Below are positions 18,246-28,445 of a DNA stretch of 44,935 nucleotides, piece by piece (position 1 is the stretch's first letter; every line of letters starts with the position of its first letter). The notes below the pieces were generated by a model. That model did no database searches. It had not been told where the DNA came from and worked only from the letters and a program-made list of their open reading frames with translations. A program made the position numbers and the translations under genes. This DNA comes from Salegentibacter sp. (GTDB taxonomy: Bacteria > Bacteroidota > Bacteroidia > Flavobacteriales > Flavobacteriaceae), in the NCBI GenBank assembly GCA_035468275.1, contig DATISX010000096.1, positions 1 through 44,935 on the forward strand, given 5' to 3'.

Positions 18246-19160
18246 TTATTTCAGTAATATTTGATGAAATCCAATAGATATCAATCCGAAAAATAAGATT
18301 ATTTTAAGGATTAAGCTTAACCTGGAGAAGTCTTTCTGCCTGGTAGCTGTTAAGATCTGCACCAGAAAAAACAACAAGGGAGCAATAATTAAAAACAACA
18401 CATAAAGTACTGCCGCGGTATTTTCAAACAGGTAAGAATAGATATAGTATAGTATGGCTACTAATGGAATGAGACCAACCGCAAAAATGACCTTATTGGT
18501 GCGTGCGGCACCTAAAATAATGGGGAGGGTCTTACCGCCTGCATTATAATCGCCTTGCAGGTCTTCCTGATCTTTAACCATTTCCCGAAGTAAATTGATA
18601 AAGAACCCGAAAAAGGAATAATCCAGTAAAATAGAGAAATACATCGCCTGTTCTGCCTGATTTATTGAATTTATAGCCGGAAGCAGGTCAAAAATCCCAG
18701 GCAAGGCTGCAACCCCCGCCACGAGAAAGCTCACTGCAATATTACCGGCCAGAGGAACATTTTTCAGGTAAGAAGAATAAATATAAAGCAATGCTGAACT
18801 GAAAATAAAGAGTGCAGAAAAAGCCGGTAAGCCGATAACATTGGCAAGATAGAACCCAATCCCCACTCCAATTACATTGAAGCCAATAAACCAGTTAAAA
18901 GCTGTTTTTTCTGAAATCCCATTCCCGATATAGATTTTTTTGGGTTTGTTGATCTTGTCGGCTGTGACATCGTATAGATCGTTGATAATGTAGCCGCCCG
19001 CAGCCAGGGAAAGATTGGCTATAATCAAAAGGATATACCCAACATCGCTCAGGGAAACAGCGGCTGAAGTACTTTCGAAAAATGCATACCTGATAAGAAG
19101 GAGGCATATGGCAACAAAAATAAGGTTACCAAATCTGATGAGCTTTAAGAATTTCAGCAT
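18246..19160 (-). CDS. UbiA-family prenyltransferase, DGGGP-synthase-like clade
   Basis: Start MLKFLKLIR (19160). GGYIINDLYDVTADKINKP and REMVKDQEDLQGD Asp-rich motifs. Confidence 0.85.
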   Translation of the reverse strand: MLKFLKLIRFGNLIFVAICLLLIRYAFFESTSAAVSLSDVGYILLIIANLSLAAGGYIINDLYDVTADKINKPKKIYIGNGISEKTAFNWFIGFNVIGVGIGFYLANVIGLPAFSALFIFSSALLYIYSSYLKNVPLAGNIAVSFLVAGVAALPGIFDLLPAINSINQAEQAMYFSILLDYSFFGFFINLLREMVKDQEDLQGDYNAGGKTLPIILGAARTNKVIFAVGLIPLVAILYYIYSYLFENTAAVLYVLFLIIAPLLFFLVQILTATRQKDFSRLSLILKIILFFGLISIGFHQILLK

Positions 19161-19165
19161 AAGGC

Positions 19166-19492
19166 TTATTTTGTCACGATTTTCAAGCCCACAAGGGAAA
19201 TGATAAGAGTGCTTAGAAAAAAGATTCGCCAAAAATGAACCGGTTCCTTAAAAACCAGAATGCCCAGAATAACTGTTCCTACGGCCCCAATTCCCGTCCA
19301 TACAGCGTATGCCGTTCCAATAGGTAAGGTTTGGGTGGCTTTATAGAGCAAAAACATGCTTAGAAATAAGCAAACTAAAAATCCAAGCATCCACCAGTTA
19401 GCAGTACTACCGGAGCTGAACTTAGCTTTGCCCAGGCAAAAAGCGAAGCCCACTTCAAATAAACCTGCGAATAAAAGTATTAGCCAATTCAT
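19166..19492 (-). CDS. SMR family small multidrug/cation exporter (SugE/Gdx-like)
   Basis: Four TM helices, conserved TM1 Glu (AGLFEV) and LPIGTAYAVWTGIG. Confidence 0.9.
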   Translation of the reverse strand: MNWLILLFAGLFEVGFAFCLGKAKFSSGSTANWWMLGFLVCLFLSMFLLYKATQTLPIGTAYAVWTGIGAVGTVILGILVFKEPVHFWRIFFLSTLIISLVGLKIVTK

Positions 19493-20002
19493 CTATTCTT
19501 CTATCCATTTTCCCTGAACCTTCATAACTTGCTCTATCACATCACGTACACAGCCTTTGCCACCTTTTTTATGGGACACATATTTTGAGATGTTTTTGAT
19601 TTCAGCTACAGCATCCTGTGGACAGCAGGGAAGGCCAATTTTCTGCATTGCATAGTAATCGGGAATATCGTCGCCCATGTAAAGAACCTGGTCTGGGTTA
19701 ATATTATAAATATCAAAGAATTCATCCATCTGTTCCACTTTGTCCTGAATTCCGAGGTAAATATCTGTAAGGCCAAGTCCGCGTAGTCTGGTTCTTACCC
19801 CTTCATTTTTTCCACCGGAAATAATACAAACGGTATAACCGGCCTGATGTGCCGCTTTCAATGCATAGCCGTCTTTCATGTTCATAGTTCTTAAAAGCTC
19901 ACCTTGAGTGCTTATTTGTATACATCCGTCCGTTAAGACGCCGTCTACGTCAAAGACAAAGGTGTTGATGTCGTTAAGTACTTCTTTATAGTTCTTTTCC
20001 AT
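19493..20002 (-). CDS. kdsC: KdsC-family HAD phosphatase (Kdo-8-P phosphatase-like)
   Basis: FDVDGVLTDG, KDG, IISGG, YMGDD and GGKGCVR. Confidence 0.8.
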   Translation of the reverse strand: MEKNYKEVLNDINTFVFDVDGVLTDGCIQISTQGELLRTMNMKDGYALKAAHQAGYTVCIISGGKNEGVRTRLRGLGLTDIYLGIQDKVEQMDEFFDIYNINPDQVLYMGDDIPDYYAMQKIGLPCCPQDAVAEIKNISKYVSHKKGGKGCVRDVIEQVMKVQGKWIEE

Positions 20003-20747
20003 AGAATTCCTGGATAGATTTGGTTAGTAGGTTATAGAGTTCTTGTTGTTTGGGTTCCAGCATCGCAAGGTGTGTTGCAATTGTTTGCTGGTCGTGCCGA
20101 AGCGCCGGACCTGTTTGGGCCTCTCGGGGAGATAAACTTTCCAGCTTATCTATGGTTTCCCTTATAAGAGGTTTTAGTATATCAAATGGGATTTCATTTT
20201 TTTTGCAGATTTCAGCTCCCAGGCTGTAGAGATGATTGGTGAAATTATTAACATAGACTGCAGCCAGGTGAAGAGCTTTTCGCTGTTCAGAATCTATTTC
20301 GAAGATCTTTTTTGAGATATTCTTAGCCAGCTCTTTTAAAATTTCAAGATTTTCTGCGGAATTGGCTTCCAGACAGACTGGTATTTCCCGGAAATCCACA
20401 TCTTTCTTTTTAGAGAAAGTTTGTACAGGATAGAAAACTCCGTGATTTTTAAAGCTTTTCAATGCTGTTAATGGTACACTACCAGAAGTATGAATTATTA
20501 AAGCAGCTTCATCTTTTATTTTTCCGGCCACTTCAGCAATTACATCATCCTTGAGCGCTATCAGATAGATATCGGCTTTTTTAAGATTATTGATGTCGGT
20601 GGTGGTTTCAGTGAGCTTTTTAAATGGTTCCAGGGGCTCTGGCCGGTGATTATAAACCTGTTTCAGCTTAATATTTTCGGCATTAGAAAAGGCCTTTGCC
20701 AAATGAGTGGCTACATTGCCGGCTCCTAAAATTACCAGGTTTATCAT
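19986..20747 (-). CDS. Rossmann-like + DUF2520 oxidoreductase (PanG-like)
   Basis: LGAGNVA, HTSGS, FYPVQTF, HLAAV..NNF and QTGPA.R.D. Confidence 0.85.
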   Translation of the reverse strand: MINLVILGAGNVATHLAKAFSNAENIKLKQVYNHRPEPLEPFKKLTETTTDINNLKKADIYLIALKDDVIAEVAGKIKDEAALIIHTSGSVPLTALKSFKNHGVFYPVQTFSKKKDVDFREIPVCLEANSAENLEILKELAKNISKKIFEIDSEQRKALHLAAVYVNNFTNHLYSLGAEICKKNEIPFDILKPLIRETIDKLESLSPREAQTGPALRHDQQTIATHLAMLEPKQQELYNLLTKSIQEFYGKEL

Positions 20748-20830
20748 GCTGCTAAATTATTAAAAATTTCCCTGCTTTCAGGTTGGTGCAGAATGATTTG
20801 ATTTTAATGGGCAAAATGTTTAAAATTCCT

Positions 20831-20838
20831 TAAATTTG
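20831..20838 (+). promoter_or_regulatory. -7 promoter box (TAAATTTG) for ccsBA
   Basis: Exact TAnnTTTG, 22 nt upstream of ATG 20861. Confidence 0.6.
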
Positions 20839-20860
20839 CAGCCGTTTAAAGCCTATCCTC

Positions 20861-23800
20861 ATGCAGAATAAAATTGCCTCAATTCTTTTTTCTACTCGTC
20901 TTTTAGCTGTCTTGTTTGTTGTATTTGCTGTAGCCCTTGCCCTGGGGACCTTTATAGAAAGCTGGTACACCATTGAAACTGCCAGAGTTATGATCTATAA
21001 TACCTTGTGGTTTGAAGGAATTATGCTTCTTTTCGTAATCAATTTTTTAGGAAATATTAAGAGATATCAACTCTATAAACGCGAAAAATGGTCGTCGTTA
21101 TTACTCCACCTATCCTTTATTTTGATCCTGGTTGGTGCCTTTGTTACCCGGTATATCAGTTACGAGGGAGTAATGCCTATTAGAGAAGGTGAGACAACGA
21201 ATGTATTTCTTTCAGAAAAAACATTTCTTACCACCTTTATCGATGGTGAAATAGACGGAGAAGCCCGAAGAAGGGTGCTTCAGGAAGATGTGCTTTTTGC
21301 TCCTGAAACTGAAAACAACTATAAACTAAGTACTGATTTTAAAGGACAACCGGTCACGGTGGAAGTACTTGATTTTATTTTCGGCGCTGAAGAGACACTG
21401 GTTCCAACTGAAGATGGCGAAAATTACCTAAAAATAGTAGAAGCCGGTGCCGGTGATCGTCACGATCACTTTATTAAGGAAGGTGAGGTAGAGAATATTC
21501 ACAATGTGTTATTTACGTTGAACAATCCTACCGACGGAGCGATAAACATTGAATATGACCAAGAAAGCGGAGAATATCTAATTAATTCTCCCTTCGAAGG
21601 GGATTATATGCGAATGGCCGACCAGGAAGAAGGACTACTGGTTAAGGATTCTACGCAAAACCTGATGCTTCGCTCTCTATATAATATCGGGAATATGCAG
21701 TTTGTTATTCCTGAACCCATGATTAAAGGGGTATATGACGTTGTTGAAACCAAAGAAAAAACCGATGGACAGACAGATGGTGTGATCCTGAAAGTAACTT
21801 CCGAAGGGGAATCTGAAACGGTGAAATTACTGGGAGGTCAGGGAATCGTAAATGAGCCTAAAAAAGTGGAATTGGCAGGACTTGATATTTATCTCAATTA
21901 CGGAAGCAAAGAAATAGAGTTGCCCTTTAGCATCAAACTGAATGATTTTATCGCCGATAAATATCCCGGAACTGAAAAGAGTTATTCTTCCTTTAAAAGT
22001 AAGATAGAGGTCATAGATGACGAAGGTGATTTTCCCTATGAGATTTACATGAATCATGTTCTGGATCATAAGGGTTATCGTTTTTTCCAGGCTAGTTTTC
22101 ATCCCGATGAAAAAGGAACAGTGCTATCTGTAAACCATGATTACTGGGGTACATGGATCACTTATATTGGTTATACCTTGCTTTATATAGGACTGATGTG
22201 GGTTCTTTTTGCGCCGGGTTCACGTTTTGGTAATCTGAAAGTTATGTTAGATAAGGTGAAAGCCAAAAAGAAGAAGCTGGTTGGAATATTAGCATTCCTT
22301 TTATTTCCTTTAGGTGGTTTTGCACAGGAAACAACTCAGGAAGAAACCAATCATGCTCATATTGAAGCACAGCAAAAACAAATAGATTCTATACTGCAGA
22401 AGAATGCCGTGGATGAGGAACACGCAGCAAAATTCGGGAAACTGGTTATCCAGGATGCAGGGGGTAGGATGAAACCTGCCAACACTTATTCTTCTGAATT
22501 ACTAAGGAAATTAAGCAAAAAAGATTCTTATAAAGGATTGAGTGCAGATCAGGTGCTGGTTTCCATCACCGAAAATCCTACGGTTTGGTATACCGTGCCG
22601 CTTATTTATGTGAAACCCGACAACGATAGTATACGAAAAATTGCCGGGGTTAATGAAGATAAAGAGTACCTGTCCCTAACCGACTTTTTTGATAACAACG
22701 GCTCTTATAAACTTTCACTCTATTTGGAAGATGCATATCAGGCTGCCGTTCCAAACCAGTTTCAGAAGGATTTTATCGAAACTGATAAGAAGGTGAATTT
22801 GATGTATCAGGCCCTTCAGGGTAAAGTATTAAGAATTTTCCCGATTCCGGAGCACGAAAATAATAAATGGGTGTCCTATCCCGAAGTGGAAGAAGCCGGA
22901 TTTAAAGGAATGGATTCAGTATATACCAAACAAATTCTTCCGCTTTATATGACTGCTTTGCAGGATGCACGGGAAAGTGGCGATTATACCCGGGCTGAGG
23001 AGTTTTTGAGTAGTATAAAAGGTTTTCAGAAGAAATTCGGAGGTGATATCCTTCCTTCCGAAGAAAGGATAGATGCCGAGATCGCTTATAATAAATATGA
23101 TGTGTTCAGAAACCTCTTCTGGATGTATATGGTAGCCGGACTATTTATGCTGGTGGTGGTTATTGTACAAATATTTTATGATAATAAACCAATAAGGATC
23201 CTGATTAAGGGTAGTATTGTTATTATCGGGCTCTTGTTTTTGCTGCATACCTTAGGACTGGCTGCGCGTTGGTATATCTCAGGTCACGCGCCATGGAGTG
23301 ATGCCTATGAGTCTATGATCTATGTGGCCTGGGCTACAATGTTCTTCGGACTCGCCTTTGGAAGAAATAGTAATCTAACTATCGCTTCTACGGCTTTTGT
23401 TACCTCCATGATTCTTATGATCTCACACTGGAACTGGATGGATCCTTCGATTGCCAATCTGGAACCTGTATTGGATTCTTACTGGTTGATGATTCATGTT
23501 TCTGTGATTGTGGGTAGTTATGGTCCATTTACCTTGGGGATGATCTTGGGTATTGTGGCACTTCTTCTTATGATAATGACCACTTCTAAGAATAAAAAGA
23601 AGATGGATCTAAACATTAAAGAGATTACCATTATTACAGAAATGGCTTTAACTGTTGGTCTTGTGATGCTAACCATAGGAAATTTCCTTGGCGGGCAATG
23701 GGCAAATGAAAGTTGGGGACGTTACTGGGGTTGGGATCCAAAGGAAACCTGGGCTCTAATCAGTATTATGGTTTATGCCTTTGTAATTCATATGAGATTA

Positions 23801-24031
23801 ATTCCCGGGCTTAGAAGCAGGTGGTTCTTTAACCTTATGGCTATAGTAGCCTTTGCCAGTATTTTGATGACTTACTTTGGAGTTAACTTCTACCTGGCAG
23901 GCTTACACTCCTATGCCAGCGGAGATAAGGTGATCACGCCTACTTTTATATATTACTCTGTAGCGGTGGTTGCTTTGCTGGGGGCTGTTTCCTATTGGAG
24001 ATTTCAGAAATATTACGCCAAGAAGAAATAG
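20861..24031 (+). CDS. ccsA: Cytochrome c biogenesis system II fused CcsB-CcsA protein
   Basis: ResB-like N-terminus (LHLSFILIL.GA), WWD-domain WANESWGRYWGWDPKETW and GLHSYA. Confidence 0.92.
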   Translation: MQNKIASILFSTRLLAVLFVVFAVALALGTFIESWYTIETARVMIYNTLWFEGIMLLFVINFLGNIKRYQLYKREKWSSLLLHLSFILILVGAFVTRYISYEGVMPIREGETTNVFLSEKTFLTTFIDGEIDGEARRRVLQEDVLFAPETENNYKLSTDFKGQPVTVEVLDFIFGAEETLVPTEDGENYLKIVEAGAGDRHDHFIKEGEVENIHNVLFTLNNPTDGAINIEYDQESGEYLINSPFEGDYMRMADQEEGLLVKDSTQNLMLRSLYNIGNMQFVIPEPMIKGVYDVVETKEKTDGQTDGVILKVTSEGESETVKLLGGQGIVNEPKKVELAGLDIYLNYGSKEIELPFSIKLNDFIADKYPGTEKSYSSFKSKIEVIDDEGDFPYEIYMNHVLDHKGYRFFQASFHPDEKGTVLSVNHDYWGTWITYIGYTLLYIGLMWVLFAPGSRFGNLKVMLDKVKAKKKKLVGILAFLLFPLGGFAQETTQEETNHAHIEAQQKQIDSILQKNAVDEEHAAKFGKLVIQDAGGRMKPANTYSSELLRKLSKKDSYKGLSADQVLVSITENPTVWYTVPLIYVKPDNDSIRKIAGVNEDKEYLSLTDFFDNNGSYKLSLYLEDAYQAAVPNQFQKDFIETDKKVNLMYQALQGKVLRIFPIPEHENNKWVSYPEVEEAGFKGMDSVYTKQILPLYMTALQDARESGDYTRAEEFLSSIKGFQKKFGGDILPSEERIDAEIAYNKYDVFRNLFWMYMVAGLFMLVVVIVQIFYDNKPIRILIKGSIVIIGLLFLLHTLGLAARWYISGHAPWSDAYESMIYVAWATMFFGLAFGRNSNLTIASTAFVTSMILMISHWNWMDPSIANLEPVLDSYWLMIHVSVIVGSYGPFTLGMILGIVALLLMIMTTSKNKKKMDLNIKEITIITEMALTVGLVMLTIGNFLGGQWANESWGRYWGWDPKETWALISIMVYAFVIHMRLIPGLRSRWFFNLMAIVAFASILMTYFGVNFYLAGLHSYASGDKVITPTFIYYSVAVVALLGAVSYWRFQKYYAKKK

Positions 24032-24048
24032 TCTTTAAAATTGGACAT

Positions 24049-24079
24049 AAAAAAATCCTGCCTGATGGCAGGATTTTTT
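24049..24079. terminator. Bidirectional intrinsic terminator
   Basis: AAAAAAATCCTGCC-tgat-GGCAGGATTTTTT. Confidence 0.85.
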
Positions 24080-24097
24080 GTTTTTATTAGGGAATTT

Positions 24098-25495
24098 TTA
24101 TTTCAATCCGCCGACCATGTCTTTAGGTTGTACCCATTCGTCGAATTGCTCTGAGGTTACGTGACCTAATCTTACAGCTTCTTCCTTTAAAGTAGTGCCG
24201 TTCTTGTGGGCTTCATTGGCAATTTCAGCAGCTTTGTAATAGCCAATTTTTGTATTAAGAGCCGTTACCAGCATCAAGGAGTTATTCAAATGCTCCTGAA
24301 TACGTGGCATATTGGCTTCAATACCTTTCGCGCAGTTATCATTGAACGAAACACAGGCATCGCCAATTAATTGTGCGCTTTGAAGCAGGTTGGCGGCCAT
24401 TACCGGTTTAAATACATTCAGTTCAAACTGACCCTGCAGTCCGCCAACGCTAATGGTAACATCATTACCTATCACCTGCGCGCAAACCATGGTTAGCGCT
24501 TCAACCTGGGTTGGATTTACTTTTCCTGGCATAATTGAAGACCCTGGTTCGTTTGCCGGAATATTTATCTCACCTATACCACTACGCGGTCCTGAAGCCA
24601 GCATTCTAATGTCGTTAGCAATTTTATTAAGGGAAACAGCCAGCTGCTTTAATGCTCCGTGGGTTTCTACAAAAGCATCATGTGCTGCAAGAGCCTCAAA
24701 CTTATTCGGGGCTGAAGTAAAAGGAAGCTCAGTAAATTTCGAAATGAATTCTGCTACTCTTTTTGAATATCCTTTTGGGGTGTTTAGTCCGGTTCCAACG
24801 GCGGTACCTCCAAGAGCGAGTTCAGAAAGATGAGGAAGAGTGTTCTCAAGAGCTTTTATCCCATAATCCAGCTGAGCAGCGTAACCGCTAAATTCCTGTC
24901 CAAGGGTTAGGGGAGTGGCATCCATAAAGTGGGTACGGCCAATTTTTACGACATCTTTAAATTCTTCAGATTTCTTCTTAAGAGTGTCTCTTAGTTTCTT
25001 CACGCCCGGAAGGGTAGTCTGGGTTATCTTTTTATAGGCTGCAATGTGCATCCCGGTAGGGAAGGTGTCATTGGAGGATTGCGATTTATTCACATCATCG
25101 TTTGGGGAAAGGGTTTTCTCTCCTTCTCCAATAGTTTTTCCGGCTAATTGATGGGCCCGGTTCGCAATCACCTCATTTAGATTCATATTGCTTTGAGTCC
25201 CACTTCCTGTTTGCCAGATCACTAAAGGAAATTGGTCGTCGTGCTTTCCTGCCAGGATCTCATCACAAACCTGGGCGATATAATCTCTTTTTTCTACGGG
25301 AAGTGCCCCCAATTCGCAGTTTGTGTAAGCAGCGGCTTTTTTAAGGTAGGCAAAACCGTAAACGATTTCCAGGGGCATACTGGCGGCCGGGCCTATTTTA
25401 AAGTTGTTTCGGGAGCGTTCGGTTTGCGCTCCCCAGAGTTTATCGGCCGGAACCTTAACCTCACCTATGGTATCTTTTTCTATTCTGTATTCCAT
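24098..25495 (-). CDS. fumC: Class II fumarate hydratase
   Basis: [23 protein letters not shown] and the [11 protein letters not shown] signature. Confidence 0.96.
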   Translation of the reverse strand: MEYRIEKDTIGEVKVPADKLWGAQTERSRNNFKIGPAASMPLEIVYGFAYLKKAAAYTNCELGALPVEKRDYIAQVCDEILAGKHDDQFPLVIWQTGSGTQSNMNLNEVIANRAHQLAGKTIGEGEKTLSPNDDVNKSQSSNDTFPTGMHIAAYKKITQTTLPGVKKLRDTLKKKSEEFKDVVKIGRTHFMDATPLTLGQEFSGYAAQLDYGIKALENTLPHLSELALGGTAVGTGLNTPKGYSKRVAEFISKFTELPFTSAPNKFEALAAHDAFVETHGALKQLAVSLNKIANDIRMLASGPRSGIGEINIPANEPGSSIMPGKVNPTQVEALTMVCAQVIGNDVTISVGGLQGQFELNVFKPVMAANLLQSAQLIGDACVSFNDNCAKGIEANMPRIQEHLNNSLMLVTALNTKIGYYKAAEIANEAHKNGTTLKEEAVRLGHVTSEQFDEWVQPKDMVGGLK

Positions 25496-25518
25496 ATTTC
25501 TAATAATTAGTTCTCTTA

Positions 25519-25526
25519 CAAATTTA
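25519..25526 (-). promoter_or_regulatory. -7 promoter box (TAAATTTG) for fumC
   Basis: Exact TAnnTTTG, 23 nt upstream of the fumC ATG. Confidence 0.55.
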
Positions 25527-25678
25527 CAAGTTAAGCGCTTTATGCAGCCTAAATTAGAAGAAAATTTAAACTCAGGATAGAGCTAAATTGGAGTTTAAAT
25601 CCTAAAAGTTGAATTTTATTTATGAATTACTGGCAAGAGTTTATATCTTTGAAGCTGATTCAAAAATTTTTGAAAATT

Positions 25679-25855
25679 ATGTTCGAATTCGATCAGTACC
25701 TCGGTTTCTTGGCTTTCCTTGTTATCCTAACGATTGGATTCTGGTTAATGATCTTTTTGACAGCGATCGTTCCTTACTGGATTGGTGGTTCGGTTATGGA
25801 GTTGCTTAAAGAGAAAAAAGAGGCCAGGAGAAAAGCTAAAGAAGAAAAAGCATAA
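25679..25855 (+). CDS. 58-aa small membrane protein
   Basis: MFEFDQYLGFLAFLVILTIGFW... with a hydrophobic core and basic tail. TATCTTTG box at 25644-25651 and a terminator directly after. Confidence 0.7.
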   Translation: MFEFDQYLGFLAFLVILTIGFWLMIFLTAIVPYWIGGSVMELLKEKKEARRKAKEEKA

Positions 25856-25885
25856 AAAAAGGGACTAAATTTAGTCCCTTTTTTT
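25854..25885. terminator. Bidirectional intrinsic terminator
   Basis: AAAAAAAGGGACTAAATTTAGTCCCTTTTTTT palindrome. Confidence 0.85.
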
Positions 25886-25903
25886 ATAAGCTTTTTTGAG
25901 GTT

Positions 25904-28402
25904 TTATCCTTCAAGATCTCCTTCATCCATATCTCCACCCTCTCCATTTCTTCTATCCTGTTCTCTCTTTTGCTGATTAAATCTGTAAATAAGGGATACT
26001 GAAATATTTTGTCCCTGTCTCCATTGAAATTCACTGTACCTGTCATAGGTATCGGTTGAAGTGTAGGATTCTCTTCTCCTGGAATCTAAAAGGTCTCTTA
26101 CGTTAAGTGAAAGGGTGGCATTCTCATTAAAAATATCTTTACTTAAAGCAAGGTCTATGGAAAGTAATCCTTCCTGAGTACCTTGAACGCCTTCTGAAGC
26201 ACCACGGTAGAAAGCATTGGTTTGCCAGTCTATCTTCGCGGGGAGGGTAACTTTTGAACTGAAGCGTGCAAACCAGCTGGTGTTTTCGGCGTCATAATTT
26301 CTGTTGTTAAATTCTCCTTCAGTTTTGAATTTAAAGAAGTTAAAACTACCATTCAATCTCAACCAATCTGCAGGATTATATAACAAACCTAGTTCGGCAC
26401 CGGTTCTCTTATTGCTTGCCAGGTTCACCGGAATTGTTCTAATTACATTAGTTCCCGGAATATTTTCTTCAATTCGCTCAAAAGATTCGGTTTCATGTTG
26501 GTAATATACCGAGGATGTCAAGGTTATTTTTTCCCATCTTTTCAAATAACCAAGATCAAAAGCGTTAGAATAGGCCGGTTCTAAATTAGGATTCCCCTGA
26601 AATACATTGTTATTACTGCTTCGTGAAGGGAACGGGTTGATGAACCAACCTCTGGGGCGGTTAATCCTTCGGTTATATCCTAAGGTGATATTTTCTCTTT
26701 CGGCAAGTTCATAAATGAAGTTCACCGTTGGAAATAAGCCAAGGTAGTTATTATCAAAATCGGTGTCAATTGCAAATCCAAATACATCTGCCAGTTCAGC
26801 CTCGGTTAATTCACTATCAATATTTCCTTTTAGCTGAGTATTTTCTAATCTCAATCCAAGAAGGAACGACAACTGGCCGAATTTGGTTCCGTATTGTGTG
26901 TAAAGGGCGTTTACATTTTCAGAATAATCAAAAACATTGGTAAGACTTTCATTAAGCTCTAAATTTCCCGTTTCCGGATTTTCCTGAAATAAACTGTAAT
27001 CTGTGATCTCATTTTCAAAATTCCCGCGGTATCCCGCCTCGAATTGCGATTCTTCTCCCAGGGGTAAGACATAATCTGCCTGAATAAGATATTCTTTCTG
27101 GTCTTCAATGGTATTGATATTTTCACCTATCAAATCCACAGGGCGATTGTCTGTATTGTAATTTTCTCTTTCTCCAATTGTTGTAAACTGGGTTTCCTTA
27201 TCGGTTTCAAACTGAATATCGGCAGTAAGTTTATGGCCATTATCATCAAAATTATTTACATAATTAAGAGAGAATTGCCAACTATCGTCATTTTCGGTTT
27301 GTCGTTCTTCCCTGGTGGTTCCTAAAACCTGAGATGCATTTATGTAATTGTCAGTAACGTTGGTGGTAAGGTCCTCGTCTTCTCCATAACGGTAAAATAC
27401 CGAACCGGTAATAGAAGACTGCTCATTGATGAAATATTCCATACCAAAACTGGTATTGAAATTTCTGTTTAGACGTTCAATATCCCGATCTTCAACAATT
27501 CTGTCAAATTCCACCCCGCTGTTTTCATTATATCTGGTATCGAAAAATCCTCCACCGGGAGCATCAAAATATCTGAAACCGGTATTTGTAAAGAGATTGA
27601 ATTTTTCTGTACGGTAATTTAAATTCGCTGAAACTCCTGCATTGGCAGGAGTTCCTGCATTCAAACTTAAGGAACCATTAAACCCAAGAGTTTCTTGTTG
27701 CCTTAAAATGATATTCAGAATACCGGCGGTTCCTTCGGCATCATACCTGGCGGAAGGGGAAGTGATTACTTCAACCCGCTCAATGGCTTCTGCAGGAAGT
27801 TGATTTAAAACATTTGAATCCCCAAAACCTGCCATAGCAGAAGGTTTTCCGTTTATCAGGATTCTTACGTTCTCATTTCCACGAAGGCTTATTCCACCGT
27901 CAATATCTACAGAAACCGAAGGCACGTTATTAAGCGCGTCACTTACGGTCCCACCGGCCGTGGTTAGATCCTTTCCTATATTATATATTTTCTTATCCAG
28001 CCGAACATCTACCTGGGTGGTTTCTGCGCGCACTACAACTTCGTCGAGACTGGCAGAAGAAACACCTAATTTAATTGTTCCCAGATTAAGGTCTGAATCT
28101 ATTTTTCGGTTATTATATTTTTTGGGTTCATAGGAAATAAATTCAATAAGAATATTATAAGTACCTTCAGGAACCTCAATGTCAAATTTTCCATCTACAT
28201 CAGTCACGCCACCATTTATATCGGAAGGGTCGTTGGTATTAATTATGGAGATTGTTGCATATTCCAAAGGAACTTCAAGATCGTCATCGATGACGGTCCC
28301 GGAAATATTATGTTGAGAACTGCGTTGAGAATAGCCCTGGATACTCAGGCTGAAAAATAACAATATCGCTGCTAACGACATTAGATTTTTTTTGGAGGTC
28401 AT
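25904..28402 (-). CDS. TonB-dependent-receptor-like outer-membrane beta-barrel protein
   Basis: Signal peptide, carboxypeptidase-regulatory-like N domain, LDEVVV, plug motifs (L.NVPSV, IERVEVITSPSARYDAEG.AGI.NI), GNPNLEP and terminal YRF. Confidence 0.9.
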   Translation of the reverse strand: MTSKKNLMSLAAILLFFSLSIQGYSQRSSQHNISGTVIDDDLEVPLEYATISIINTNDPSDINGGVTDVDGKFDIEVPEGTYNILIEFISYEPKKYNNRKIDSDLNLGTIKLGVSSASLDEVVVRAETTQVDVRLDKKIYNIGKDLTTAGGTVSDALNNVPSVSVDIDGGISLRGNENVRILINGKPSAMAGFGDSNVLNQLPAEAIERVEVITSPSARYDAEGTAGILNIILRQQETLGFNGSLSLNAGTPANAGVSANLNYRTEKFNLFTNTGFRYFDAPGGGFFDTRYNENSGVEFDRIVEDRDIERLNRNFNTSFGMEYFINEQSSITGSVFYRYGEDEDLTTNVTDNYINASQVLGTTREERQTENDDSWQFSLNYVNNFDDNGHKLTADIQFETDKETQFTTIGERENYNTDNRPVDLIGENINTIEDQKEYLIQADYVLPLGEESQFEAGYRGNFENEITDYSLFQENPETGNLELNESLTNVFDYSENVNALYTQYGTKFGQLSFLLGLRLENTQLKGNIDSELTEAELADVFGFAIDTDFDNNYLGLFPTVNFIYELAERENITLGYNRRINRPRGWFINPFPSRSSNNNVFQGNPNLEPAYSNAFDLGYLKRWEKITLTSSVYYQHETESFERIEENIPGTNVIRTIPVNLASNKRTGAELGLLYNPADWLRLNGSFNFFKFKTEGEFNNRNYDAENTSWFARFSSKVTLPAKIDWQTNAFYRGASEGVQGTQEGLLSIDLALSKDIFNENATLSLNVRDLLDSRRRESYTSTDTYDRYSEFQWRQGQNISVSLIYRFNQQKREQDRRNGEGGDMDEGDLEG

Positions 28403-28445
28403 AGAATATTTTAGTTCTATGACTTACTTATACCGGAATGGTTTA

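Noticed and set aside
18246-19232. Longer 328-aa start for the UbiA-family gene
   Set aside because: It overlaps the SMR gene by 67 nt. MLKFLKLIR at 19160 matches the family N-terminus and leaves a 5-nt gap.
25609-26046. Alternative ORFs 25609-25809 (+) and 25774-26046 (-)
   Set aside because: They overlap better-supported genes or cross a terminator. The 25679 start fits the promoter box.
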